DNA of 26,577 bases from a virus (lineage: Duplodnaviria; Caudoviricetes), in the IMG/VR virus record IMGVR_UViG_3300033232_000154, positions 1-26,577 of that record, one strand, 5' to 3'. Positions within the stretch are counted from its first letter, which is position 1. Every line of letters starts with the position of its first letter. Shown in pieces: positions 9,011-17,468 of the stretch. A program made the translations under genes and the position numbers. Under the pieces are notes generated by a model that was given only the letters and a program-made list of their open reading frames with translations, was not told where the DNA came from and made no database searches.

Positions 9011-9360
9011 CAGAATACTCCCTTAATAGCCTTCCCAATGCTGAAGAGCCATTTACGGTTATGGAATACGTATTCGATGGCTCCTCCGATAGTGCCGAAG
9101 ATCTTCATGACCAGGCTAGCCTGCTTAGCAGGTAGAGCTTTGGTTGCCCTCTCTACTGCCAGTTGCTTCTTGGCATAGTCATCCAGGTCCTTGGTGGCAG
9201 GGTTGATCTTGATATCCTGGATGATGTCCAGGATGATGGCCAGAGCCGAGTTGACCTTGGCCTTGTCGATCAGAGTTCCGGTAGTGCGGGATATGATCCA
9301 GACTACCAGAGCTGAGACCAGGCCGAGGATAAACTCCTGATTGGCGAAGATGAAGTCCAT
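9010..9360 (-). CDS. Putative holin-like membrane protein
   Basis: N-terminal TM (FILGLVSALVVWII) followed by a helical domain with AKKQLAVE, reminiscent of LL-H-type holins. SD AAGGAG. Confidence 0.5.
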   Translation of the reverse strand: MDFIFANQEFILGLVSALVVWIISRTTGTLIDKAKVNSALAIILDIIQDIKINPATKDLDDYAKKQLAVERATKALPAKQASLVMKIFGTIGGAIEYVFHNRKWLFSIGKAIKGVF

Positions 9361-9379
9361 AGAGTCTCCTTGTACTCGC

Positions 9380-11113
9380 TTAGGTGGTTAACTTGAACAC
9401 TTTCACGAAGCCGGAGATGTAGGTGATCCCGGGCCGGATGCGGATATACCAGTGATACTTCCAGTCGCTTCCGTGGTGTTCGACTTTGAGTTCGGCATCG
9501 GTACGATAGCCGATAATGATAAACTTGGGCAGGCCGCCGATGATGTAGTCATCAGCCATGAGACGTGGCTTGACCGGAATACCCGCAAAGGACACGTTGC
9601 CTCCTTCGAGCAGCAGCCTATCTCCAGCTCCGGTCTCACGTTTGGCGAGTTCGGCCCGGATGCGGATCAGGTCCTTATGCGAAACATAGAACTTGAAGTT
9701 CTCCTGCTCTTCTAACATCTCATCGGAGAAAGCTAGGAGAGCCGCTTCGAAGCGCTTAGCCCAGTCGGTGTAGGTGGTCTTGGAGAGGTTTGTGACGTCG
9801 GTGGCGGTAGTCGCTAACTTGATCACCCCATCCAGTGCCTTGAGCTTGGCAGTGGTGGATACTCGATCACCCTTGAACAGCAGTAGGCGGATAGCTTTTT
9901 CGGTCTTCTTGGCGATGTGGTTCTCCACATAGGCTCCGAAGGCATCCTCACCATACTTGTCCTTGTAGAACTCGACCACGTCTCTGCCGAGGGTGAACTC
10001 GGCATTGAGTATCCCCGTAGGGACAGACATATCTGCAGTGGATACGTTCTGAGCCGTCAGAGCACCATCCAGGCTATTCTTGAAGACCAAGTCATCGATC
10101 AAGCCGACGTCGATCTTCTCGTCCTTGAGTAGTGGGATGATCGAGATGTCGGAGAGGGTATCTCCGGGCTGGCTGCCAATGACCTCATCGATGAACAGAC
10201 TCGTGGTATTGGCATTGAGGATATTCATGGCTTTCCCGGAGTCCACGTCGGAGATGCCTTTGTATATCTCCCGGTGGCTGGCCTTGACCACGATCTTGTT
10301 ACCATCGATCATGACTTCCCGGTCAGTGGCTGCCTTGTTATCGTCAGGCTCACCGGGGATGCTCTTGGAGATCGCTCTGCTCATGTTTACTGAGAGGTCT
10401 TTCAGGCTCTTTTCGATGCTTTTCAGAGCTTCACCCATCAGAACGTTGGCGCTTCCCTTTTCCAGTTCGCCCACCTTCTCACTGATCGCGGTAATGCCCT
10501 TCTGCATCTCGCTGTTGTTGTTCTGCTCGGCTACCTTACGTAGCGAGTTGAGTTCGTTCTTGATCTCGGTCAGGCTGGCTTCTGTACCACCGAAGTCATC
10601 GGCTTTGCCATAGATCGAGACTCCATTGAACTCGCCTTTCTCGACCTTCTGCCAGAGATCTGAGTTGAGATCTTCGCACTTCAGGACCTGGACCCAGGCT
10701 CCCACCTTGGTATCGGGGAAGTGTTCCCGGTCACTGGTCTTGAGGATGTAGTTCTCGACCACGCTGAACTCCGGGACCGGATGCATATTGTGATTGACGT
10801 CATTTCGGCCCATCAGGCCATGTCTGGCGAAATGATCGCAGGATTTCTGCACCTCTTCACGGGAGTAATAATCTCCCTGGCTATCGTGGATATTGGGCTC
10901 CATCAGAGTGACATAGAGCCGGCCCTGGGTGCCAACCGTCTCGCTCTTGAACTTGGTGGAGTTGATCTTGTGTTCGTAGCTTCTGCCTGAGGCATTCTTG
11001 ACTACGAAGCCCTTCTGGTTAGCCGGGTTCATCTCGTCAAAGAGGAGCGAGACTAACTCGACCTCCACATTGCGAAGCTCTCCCTTGCTGATAGTCTTGG
11101 TTCTGTGTTTCAC
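9380..11113 (-). CDS. Fused XkdF-like prohead protease / scaffold / major capsid protein (about 577 aa)
   Basis: The N-terminal part has PBSX XkdF-like motifs (VSLL..PANQ, EPNIHDSQGD, DVNHN, LWQKVEKGEFNGVSIYG). A coiled-coil linker follows, then an HK97-fold capsid pattern (LLFKGD..LKALDGVIK..FAGIPV). Start moved to GTG 11113 because of the SD AAGGAGGT. Confidence 0.85.
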   Translation of the reverse strand: MKHRTKTISKGELRNVEVELVSLLFDEMNPANQKGFVVKNASGRSYEHKINSTKFKSETVGTQGRLYVTLMEPNIHDSQGDYYSREEVQKSCDHFARHGLMGRNDVNHNMHPVPEFSVVENYILKTSDREHFPDTKVGAWVQVLKCEDLNSDLWQKVEKGEFNGVSIYGKADDFGGTEASLTEIKNELNSLRKVAEQNNNSEMQKGITAISEKVGELEKGSANVLMGEALKSIEKSLKDLSVNMSRAISKSIPGEPDDNKAATDREVMIDGNKIVVKASHREIYKGISDVDSGKAMNILNANTTSLFIDEVIGSQPGDTLSDISIIPLLKDEKIDVGLIDDLVFKNSLDGALTAQNVSTADMSVPTGILNAEFTLGRDVVEFYKDKYGEDAFGAYVENHIAKKTEKAIRLLLFKGDRVSTTAKLKALDGVIKLATTATDVTNLSKTTYTDWAKRFEAALLAFSDEMLEEQENFKFYVSHKDLIRIRAELAKRETGAGDRLLLEGGNVSFAGIPVKPRLMADDYIIGGLPKFIIIGYRTDAELKVEHHGSDWKYHWYIRIRPGITYISGFVKVFKLTT

Positions 11114-11160
11114 TATACCTCCTTGGCAAGTGCTGGTAGTTGATTGGTTTAAATCTCTCA

Positions 11161-12357
11161 TTATTGACCTCCGAAGTTGCGATTCTGCATGAAGAGCTGA
11201 TCATCAGCAGACTGCATGGCTTCTGTAAGGTTGCCAAAATTGAAATCCTCCGGCTTCACTTTCCAGCCGAAATCGAAGTTGAATTCATTGGCTAGGGTAA
11301 GCGCCAAGCGGTTCTGCAGCGGTTTCACTACGAAGTGGTAGAACATCAGCATATCACTCTTGTTATCGCCACCAAGTTGACCTGGGATAAGTTGTGAGAC
11401 GATCCTGGCCGGAACCCGGTGATAGGCGAAGATACCCTCTCTCAGGTCCTTCTTAAGACTCAGGAAACCGCCCTCTCTGTCCTGCTGACGCAGTGGTTCG
11501 AGGCGTATCTTCACATCCCGGCTCTCGCTTTCTATCAGCACTGTGGAGTGGCTCTTGGCATTGCCTTTGACCTCAGTGAGTGCTTTCTCGATCTCGGTAT
11601 AGGCATCGGTCAGCACTTCATTACCTAACTCATCAATGATTGTACCATCACGTAAGGTGCCACCCTCCACGATCACGAAGTAGTCGATCATCAGGCCGTT
11701 CTTGAAGTTGTTGTAGTCGAAGGTCTTGATCTCGGAGAGTATCTCGATATTGATAGCTATCGGCAGACAGGCTAAGCCCCAGGCGTTGGACCTATGCGTA
11801 CTTTTCTTGATATGCACTATATCAGCATAGGCGAAGTCCTTCTTCTGGTTGTTTTTCACTTGGATGTAGTTAGGTCGAAAGAAACCAAACTCGTCATAGC
11901 TCTCGACTATCTGCACTTCCGAGGGAAGCATACGTTCCAGCCCCATCCACTGGCCTTGGGCGTTACGCATCTTGATCAGGAAGCCATTTCCACAGGCCAG
12001 ATAGAACTTCATCAACTCGGCCAAGATAGTGGTCTGGTCTTCACAAGCCGGGAACTCGGCAGCTTCCATCCAAGCTTTGACCTGGCTGTTCTTGCAGTCG
12101 AACTGCATAACGGTGGCCATAGTCAAGGCATCGATGCAGCCGGAGTGGTACTCGTCGGTATCCAGGAGATTGAGCAGGTTGCTCATCGAATAGGGTTGAG
12201 AGACTACTTTCTTGGTCTCGGCTGCCTTGGATACTAACTGCTTCCCGATCCTATGATACTTGGATAGATCTATAGGTTCCGGCTTGTACTTGCTCTCCAA
12301 GAGATCAGTAGCAGAACTGATAGCCAGGTTAGAACCGCCCAGCCGCATCACTCTCAT
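11161..12357 (-). CDS. Phage portal protein, PBSX-like (about 398 aa)
   Basis: YLACGNGF, IVHIK, WG, NFKNG, IFAYHRVPARIV and VVKPLQNRL portal motifs. Start moved to ATG 12357 (ATGA overlap with the upstream stop, SD AGGAG). Confidence 0.9.
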   Translation of the reverse strand: MRVMRLGGSNLAISSATDLLESKYKPEPIDLSKYHRIGKQLVSKAAETKKVVSQPYSMSNLLNLLDTDEYHSGCIDALTMATVMQFDCKNSQVKAWMEAAEFPACEDQTTILAELMKFYLACGNGFLIKMRNAQGQWMGLERMLPSEVQIVESYDEFGFFRPNYIQVKNNQKKDFAYADIVHIKKSTHRSNAWGLACLPIAINIEILSEIKTFDYNNFKNGLMIDYFVIVEGGTLRDGTIIDELGNEVLTDAYTEIEKALTEVKGNAKSHSTVLIESESRDVKIRLEPLRQQDREGGFLSLKKDLREGIFAYHRVPARIVSQLIPGQLGGDNKSDMLMFYHFVVKPLQNRLALTLANEFNFDFGWKVKPEDFNFGNLTEAMQSADDQLFMQNRNFGGQ

Positions 12358-12755
12358 GCACCGGCTCCTGTTCCTGCCTTCAGCAGGTCGATCTTGGCGA
12401 TCCTGACCAATCGGGTGCCATCCACTCTGGAGGCGTAATATTCTATACTGGGCAAATCCCGGTTCAACAGATGCTGATAGAAACTCCGGAACTTTTCTTT
12501 GAGAGCGTAGAGATCGGTATCCGGATCGATTACGTTCTGGGCATTGACGATCAGGAAGACCGTCCAGGCGATATCGGTGTCCACATACTGCCTGGAAGTA
12601 CCATGCTTGCCTGTTTCCGAGTCGAGTATCAGGATGGCGCAAGGCAGGACTTTTGGGATGTTGTCCTTGTTGTAAAGCACCTCGGTAATGTCTGATAGCT
12701 TTAGAGCATCGGTTATGCGGGAACGCTCGGACTGAAACTTCTCAAATGCCGTCAT
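12354..12755 (-). CDS. Putative tail terminator/completion protein (about 133 aa)
   Basis: The IPKVLPCAILI..WTVFLIV pattern resembles tail-terminator folds. Start at ATG 12755 (ATGA overlap, SD GAGGTG). Confidence 0.55.
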   Translation of the reverse strand: MTAFEKFQSERSRITDALKLSDITEVLYNKDNIPKVLPCAILILDSETGKHGTSRQYVDTDIAWTVFLIVNAQNVIDPDTDLYALKEKFRSFYQHLLNRDLPSIEYYASRVDGTRLVRIAKIDLLKAGTGAGA

Positions 12756-13240
12756 AGACTCACCTCGATGCTGTTCAATTGCTGGTATATCCACTGCTCC
12801 CGGTTTGAGATAACCTCAGCAAAAACATTACGGGCGGCGATGCCTTCCCGCTTGATCTTGCCCCTGATGAGATAGGCGATCTCGGCTACGGTCAGCAGCT
12901 TCCCTGTCTCTTTATCATTCCAAGACAGGTGCTTGCGTTCGACCCAAGCGATAAGCGGAGCGATCGGCGTCCAGGAAGGCACCTTACCGCCCAAAACGAA
13001 AGGCTCATGACGAACATTCGAGCCTACTCGCAGGATCATGGCAGTATCGGTGGTCTGCAGCAGATAGCCGGTATTGCCGTAGAAGTCACCCTTGTCATAT
13101 ATCTGCTGTGCCAGTATCTCCTTGCGAGACTCGGCATCGATGGTCGAGCCGATCAGGTGCAATCGGCTCTCCAGGGCGGCATAGATAGCCCGGTAGATCT
13201 CGATCATAAGTTCATCCTGGCTTGTATAACTATCAGGCAT
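12752..13240 (-). CDS. HK97 gp10-like tail-completion/neck protein
   Basis: YDKGD..LRVGSNVRHEPFV..PIAPLIAWV..KIKREGIAARNVF pattern. Confidence 0.65.
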   Translation of the reverse strand: MPDSYTSQDELMIEIYRAIYAALESRLHLIGSTIDAESRKEILAQQIYDKGDFYGNTGYLLQTTDTAMILRVGSNVRHEPFVLGGKVPSWTPIAPLIAWVERKHLSWNDKETGKLLTVAEIAYLIRGKIKREGIAARNVFAEVISNREQWIYQQLNSIEVSL

Positions 13241-13698
13241 CAGATTACTCCCACACTGATAAGACGTGGCTGTCTGGGTTTGAGTTCATTCAGGCGATCC
13301 AGACTGGCTGGATTGAGATAGGCTTGCAAGATGGTAAGAGATCTCAGTTCAAGATTGGCTTTGAAGGCGTCTATTTCGCTCCCTGTGAGCAGTTCGGTGG
13401 CGGACTGGTCTAAACCTACGGTCTTGACTATGCCCTCGCCCAGGGTCTTTAAATTGAGAAACTCGGCAGTAGAGTGCAGCATCAGGAAACAGAACCCAAA
13501 ACGAAAAGAAACGAGAAGAGGCTCCTCTTCCGGCAGGTCATCGTGCGTTGCCCGATCGTAATGTTCCTGCAACACCAGTGAGTGGATCGCCTCCAATACC
13601 AATCCCTGATGCTCCCTGAAGATGCCATTGTTGGACATCTCCTTGGGCAGGTTGAGGATGGCGAGCATGGCGTCCGTCTCGACTGGGAGTGGAATCAC
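13240..13698 (-). CDS. Putative head-tail adaptor protein
   Basis: 152-aa helical protein with a central beta-hairpin-like segment (GIVKTVGLDQSATELL). GTGA overlap with the lysozyme. Function inferred from position. Confidence 0.45.
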   Translation of the reverse strand: MIPLPVETDAMLAILNLPKEMSNNGIFREHQGLVLEAIHSLVLQEHYDRATHDDLPEEEPLLVSFRFGFCFLMLHSTAEFLNLKTLGEGIVKTVGLDQSATELLTGSEIDAFKANLELRSLTILQAYLNPASLDRLNELKPRQPRLISVGVI

Positions 13699-14120
13699 TT
13701 GCCCTTCCTCATCATCTCGGAAAGCTCAATTGCTCTAATCCCCACTTGCTTCGCCCACTTGGAAGCAAGCATGCCGTTAGCAGCCCGTTCCCAATCTCCG
13801 GCACCGATGAAAGCCAGGGTGTTCTTGAAGCCCATGAGACCTTTGATTCCCAGGTTGAAGCACATGTTGAGCAGTACCGACTGGCGAATCTCATCGAGTT
13901 TATTGTACACATCAGGTATCTCATCGATCAGCCACTGCTCGCAGTCTTGGATATCTCTCTCTAACATGGCATAGGCTTCTTTCTGGGTTATACCTCGGTC
14001 ATAGAGATTGCGGCCAATACCGATGGTCAGTTTACCTGCTGTGCAGCGATATGGCTTCAGCCGCAGACCTTCATGTCTGATTAACTGTGCCTTGATTCGA
14101 TTCAGCAATGACTCGGTCAT
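13695..14120 (-). CDS. Phage lysozyme (GH24, T4-like endolysin)
   Basis: HEGLRLKPYRCTAGKLTIGIGRNL gives the E17-x8-C26-x5-T32 catalytic triad. Also NMCFNLG and SKWAKQVGIRA. SD AAGGAG. Confidence 0.93.
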   Translation of the reverse strand: MTESLLNRIKAQLIRHEGLRLKPYRCTAGKLTIGIGRNLYDRGITQKEAYAMLERDIQDCEQWLIDEIPDVYNKLDEIRQSVLLNMCFNLGIKGLMGFKNTLAFIGAGDWERAANGMLASKWAKQVGIRAIELSEMMRKGK

Positions 14121-14214
14121 GCATTCTCCTTGTACCAGATGTGATCAATGATCCAGTGCCAGGAAAGCACTACCCTGTATGCTGACAAATACGGATGGGC
14201 GAGGATGAGACAGA

Positions 14215-14251
14215 ATTTTGGATTGACAGAATATGCTTTCGCAGATAATTG
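14215..14251 (+). promoter_or_regulatory. Putative sigma70-type promoter for the defence operon
   Basis: Perfect TTGACA at 14223-14228 and GATAAT at 14244-14249 (15-bp spacer, suboptimal), about 35 nt before the first cargo gene. Confidence 0.5.
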
Positions 14252-14282
14252 AGGAAAAGGCAATTACCATGAAGAGGCACCA

Positions 14283-15377
14283 ATGAAAGAAACTGTTAGA
14301 AGTATCCTGAAGTTGTTAGAACAGAGAAGGTTTAGAAATGAACAGCATGTTCGTTTTTCACTCGTGGCAAGAATCTGTGAAAAGCTAAACTGGGATATTT
14401 GGAATCCCTATGTATTCGATACAGAAGACCAAACAGATAAATTTACCCAAGATGTTGATGGGAAAAGTACTAGGGGCAAGATTGATATAGCTCTTTACAA
14501 AACGACTAAGAATGATAGAACTGCCCATATCTTTATAGAAGTGAAGATGGTGGGGGAATTGGTAAAGAATATTCAGAAGTCTCGTGATCAGTTAGAACAA
14601 TATAGTTTAAAAATCAGTCCTCCACTCAGCGTTTTAACTGATGGAGTTCGTTGGGAGTTCTTTTTAAACTGCTTGAACACCAAAAAAGGGAAGTACGCCG
14701 AACGTTTAATCAATAGCTTTGATCTAAGCGAAGATAATTTGGACGCTAAATGTGCTATTATCAATTGTCTTATGAACTCATCAGTTACAAAGACAGCTTT
14801 GGAGGCTCTTGGTAGGAAAATGAGAAAAGAGTTCAAGATAATCCAAAACATTACAGACGTCAAACAGCAGGCCATCAGGGAACATCCGGATGATTCAATA
14901 AAACAGATATATGCCGCTCAAGAAATGATAAGGCATAAACACCAAATCAGCATTCCCTTAAAAAAGCTAGGAGAATTATGGAATATTAGACTAGCACTCG
15001 GGGGCTTGATGGATGTGGTAGTTAATAATAAATTTAGCCCTGGTGTAAAAAACGACGTACTCCAAAGCTATACTGGGATGTCCATTGTAGAAATTTCAAT
15101 CAAAAATCAAGAAGTAATCAAGGTCTCAGGTTGTGCTGGACTCAAGAAAGCTGTTTATAACTTCATTGTATCTGAGAAAGCTATGTTTACACTCAAGGAC
15201 AACAATGTTTCTGTAGGCATCCACGAGGAAGCATCTCAACTAAGGAAGCCGGTTCAATTGGTTGATGGAAGATATATAGAAGGGAATCTTTCAACCGATG
15301 GTGCCGTAAAACAATGCTGGCAAGCACTTGAAGAAGCTGGTTTTCTTAAGAGTGATCTTATCCTGGGATACAAGTAA
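14283..15377 (+). CDS. Stand-alone PD-(D/E)xK endonuclease (HsdR N-terminal-like) with an extra C-terminal domain
   Basis: NEQHVR..IDIAL..IEVK..QLEQY..LTDGVRWEFF nuclease motifs and no helicase motifs. C-terminal RKPVQLVDGRYIEGNLS. Confidence 0.8.
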   Translation: MKETVRSILKLLEQRRFRNEQHVRFSLVARICEKLNWDIWNPYVFDTEDQTDKFTQDVDGKSTRGKIDIALYKTTKNDRTAHIFIEVKMVGELVKNIQKSRDQLEQYSLKISPPLSVLTDGVRWEFFLNCLNTKKGKYAERLINSFDLSEDNLDAKCAIINCLMNSSVTKTALEALGRKMRKEFKIIQNITDVKQQAIREHPDDSIKQIYAAQEMIRHKHQISIPLKKLGELWNIRLALGGLMDVVVNNKFSPGVKNDVLQSYTGMSIVEISIKNQEVIKVSGCAGLKKAVYNFIVSEKAMFTLKDNNVSVGIHEEASQLRKPVQLVDGRYIEGNLSTDGAVKQCWQALEEAGFLKSDLILGYK

Positions 15378-15394
15378 AAGGTAATCAGAACATT

Positions 15395-17467
15395 ATGGCG
15401 ACTCAATCTCACTCGCAAATCGCATCTTTCATTTGGAGTATCTGCAATCTCCTGCGCGGACCCTATAAACGCAATGAATACCGCAAAGTGATCCTGCCGC
15501 TCACTGTCATCCGCCGCTTTGACTGCATACTTGAACCCAGCAAAGACAAGGTGTTGGCGGAACTGCCCCACCTCTACGGCAAATCTGACAACATCATCCA
15601 TGCAAGCCTTATTCGCATCACCGGAGTGCCTTTCTACAACAAATCCCGGCTTGATTTCCGCAAGCTGCTGGACGATCCCAACCAGATCACAGTGAACCTC
15701 CAGAGCTACATCAACGATTTCTCCCCCAATGTGCAGCGTATCATCGAAAAGTTCAAGTTCTCGGAGCAGATCAGCAGCCTGGCGGAGCACAACCTGCTTT
15801 TCCTGGTGCTGCAACGCTTTGTGTCTGATGAACTCGATCTCTCGCCCCAGGCTGTGGATAATATGCAGATGGGACTCATCTTTGAAGAACTGATCCGCGT
15901 CGGGGCTGAGCAAGCCAATGAAGAGGCCGGAGAGCATTTCACGCCCCGGGAAGTGATCAAGCTGATGGTTAATCTGCTGCTCAGCCCGGAAAGCGACCTC
16001 AGCAAAAGCCATGTGGTGAAAACGATCTATGACCCTGCTTGCGGGACAGGAGGCATGCTCACCGCCGCCGAGACATACATCAAGGAACTGAACCGGGACG
16101 CCAAACCCGTGCTTTACGGCCAGGACTGGAACAATGAATCCTACGCCATCTGCTGCAGTGACATGCTGATAAAAGGGGAAGACTCTGAAAACATCAAAAA
16201 CGGTTGCTCCTTTGAACAGGATGGCTTCCCCACCGCAAAGTTCGATTATATGCTGGCCAATCCACCCTTTGGCGTGGAATGGAAAAAGCAGGAAAAGACC
16301 ATCAAGGACGAGTTTGAGGCCCTGGGCTATAATGGTCGCTTCGGTGCCGGCTTACCCCGTATCAATGACGGTTCTCTGCTCTTCCTGCAGCACATGATCT
16401 CCAAGATGCGACCAATTGAGAATGGAGGCAGTAGGATCGCCATTGTCTTTAATGGTTCACCCCTCTTCACCGGAGACGCGGGAAGCGGAGAAAGCAATAT
16501 CCGCCGCTGGATCATCGAGAGCGACTGGCTGGAAGCCATCATCGCCATGCCGGATCAGCTTTTTTACAATACCGGCATCAGCACCTATATCTGGATCATC
16601 ACCAATAAAAAGGAAGCACCCCGGCGGGGCAAGATCCAGCTCATCGATGCCCGGCTATTCTATCACAAGATGCGCAAAAGCCTGGGTAACAAACGCAATG
16701 TGATCGGGGATGGAGAAGATAACCGCCATGACCATATCAGCGAGATCACCCGCATCTATAGCGACTTTGTCCACAACCAGAGCCGCAGCGTCCAGGCTAA
16801 TGGCGAACCTCAAACCGCCATCGTCTCCAAGATATTTGATAATAATGACTTCGGCTATTCCAAGATCGTGGTGGAGCGCCCCCTGCGCCTGAATTTCCAG
16901 GCCAGTAGCGAGAGAATCGCCCGGCTGGACAGCAGCAAAACCTTTGCCAACCTCGCCGAAAGCAAGAAGAAAGACCCCATCGAGCGTCAAAGTGAGACTG
17001 AAGCCGGTATGAGGCAACAAGTTCAGATCAAAGACTTGCTCTACACTCTTCCAGGTGATACCCTTTACCAGAACCGGGTAGAGTTTATCCGGGCTGTGGA
17101 AAAAGCCGCACAAAGTGCCAGCGTGAAGCTCGCCGCCTCTGAACTGAAAGCCATCCTGGAAGCTCTCTCTGAGCGTGACGACACTGCCGATATCTGTACC
17201 GATGCCAAAGGTCGGCCGGAGCCCGATACAGAGCTGCGGGATACGGAAAGCGTCCCCCTCAAAGAAGATATCGAAGCCTATTTCCTGAGGGAAGTGCTGC
17301 CTCACGTGCCAGATGCCTGGATCGACCACTCCAAGACCAAGATCGGCTATGAGATACCGCTCAACCGGCATTTCTACGTCTATCAGCCACCCCGTCCGCT
17401 GGATGAGATCGAAGCGGAAATGAAGGCTCTGGAACAGGAAATAGCAGAGCTTTTGGGAGGTTTGTAG
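15395..17467 (+). CDS. hsdM: Type I R-M system methyltransferase subunit
   Basis: GEHFTPREV, YDPACGTGG (SAM binding), ANPPF (motif IV), LFYNTGI and KIGYEIP. Confidence 0.96.
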   Translation: MATQSHSQIASFIWSICNLLRGPYKRNEYRKVILPLTVIRRFDCILEPSKDKVLAELPHLYGKSDNIIHASLIRITGVPFYNKSRLDFRKLLDDPNQITVNLQSYINDFSPNVQRIIEKFKFSEQISSLAEHNLLFLVLQRFVSDELDLSPQAVDNMQMGLIFEELIRVGAEQANEEAGEHFTPREVIKLMVNLLLSPESDLSKSHVVKTIYDPACGTGGMLTAAETYIKELNRDAKPVLYGQDWNNESYAICCSDMLIKGEDSENIKNGCSFEQDGFPTAKFDYMLANPPFGVEWKKQEKTIKDEFEALGYNGRFGAGLPRINDGSLLFLQHMISKMRPIENGGSRIAIVFNGSPLFTGDAGSGESNIRRWIIESDWLEAIIAMPDQLFYNTGISTYIWIITNKKEAPRRGKIQLIDARLFYHKMRKSLGNKRNVIGDGEDNRHDHISEITRIYSDFVHNQSRSVQANGEPQTAIVSKIFDNNDFGYSKIVVERPLRLNFQASSERIARLDSSKTFANLAESKKKDPIERQSETEAGMRQQVQIKDLLYTLPGDTLYQNRVEFIRAVEKAAQSASVKLAASELKAILEALSERDDTADICTDAKGRPEPDTELRDTESVPLKEDIEAYFLREVLPHVPDAWIDHSKTKIGYEIPLNRHFYVYQPPRPLDEIEAEMKALEQEIAELLGGL

Positions 17468-17468
17468 C

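Noticed and set aside
11114-11161. Capsid-fusion start at 11161
   Set aside because: GTG 11113 has a near-perfect SD (AAGGAGGT) and better matches the XkdF-like N-terminus. A coupled start at 11161 is not strictly excluded.
12358-12642. 95-aa N-terminal extension of the portal in the ORF track
   Set aside because: It overlaps the upstream gene in another frame. ATG 12357 has an SD and an ATGA overlap.
1551-13974. Numerous short + strand ORFs across the structural genes (e.g. 2511-3008, 5451-5939, 7548-7949, 10080-10613)
   Set aside because: They are antisense shadows of well-supported phage genes, without SD or motifs. Only 5970-6233 occupies its own gap.
315-14120. Contractile tailocin, PBSX-like killer particle or gene transfer agent interpretation
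   Set aside because: There are no sheath or baseplate-wedge genes, head genes are present, and the terminase is broken. A GTA claim would need fixed-locus conservation that cannot be seen here.
315-14120. Apparent abundance of GATC sites, suggesting the methylases target GATC
   Set aside because: This is an impression only and was not counted. Frequent ATC/GAT codons could explain it, and D12-class enzymes have varied targets. It needs an observed/expected tetranucleotide calculation.
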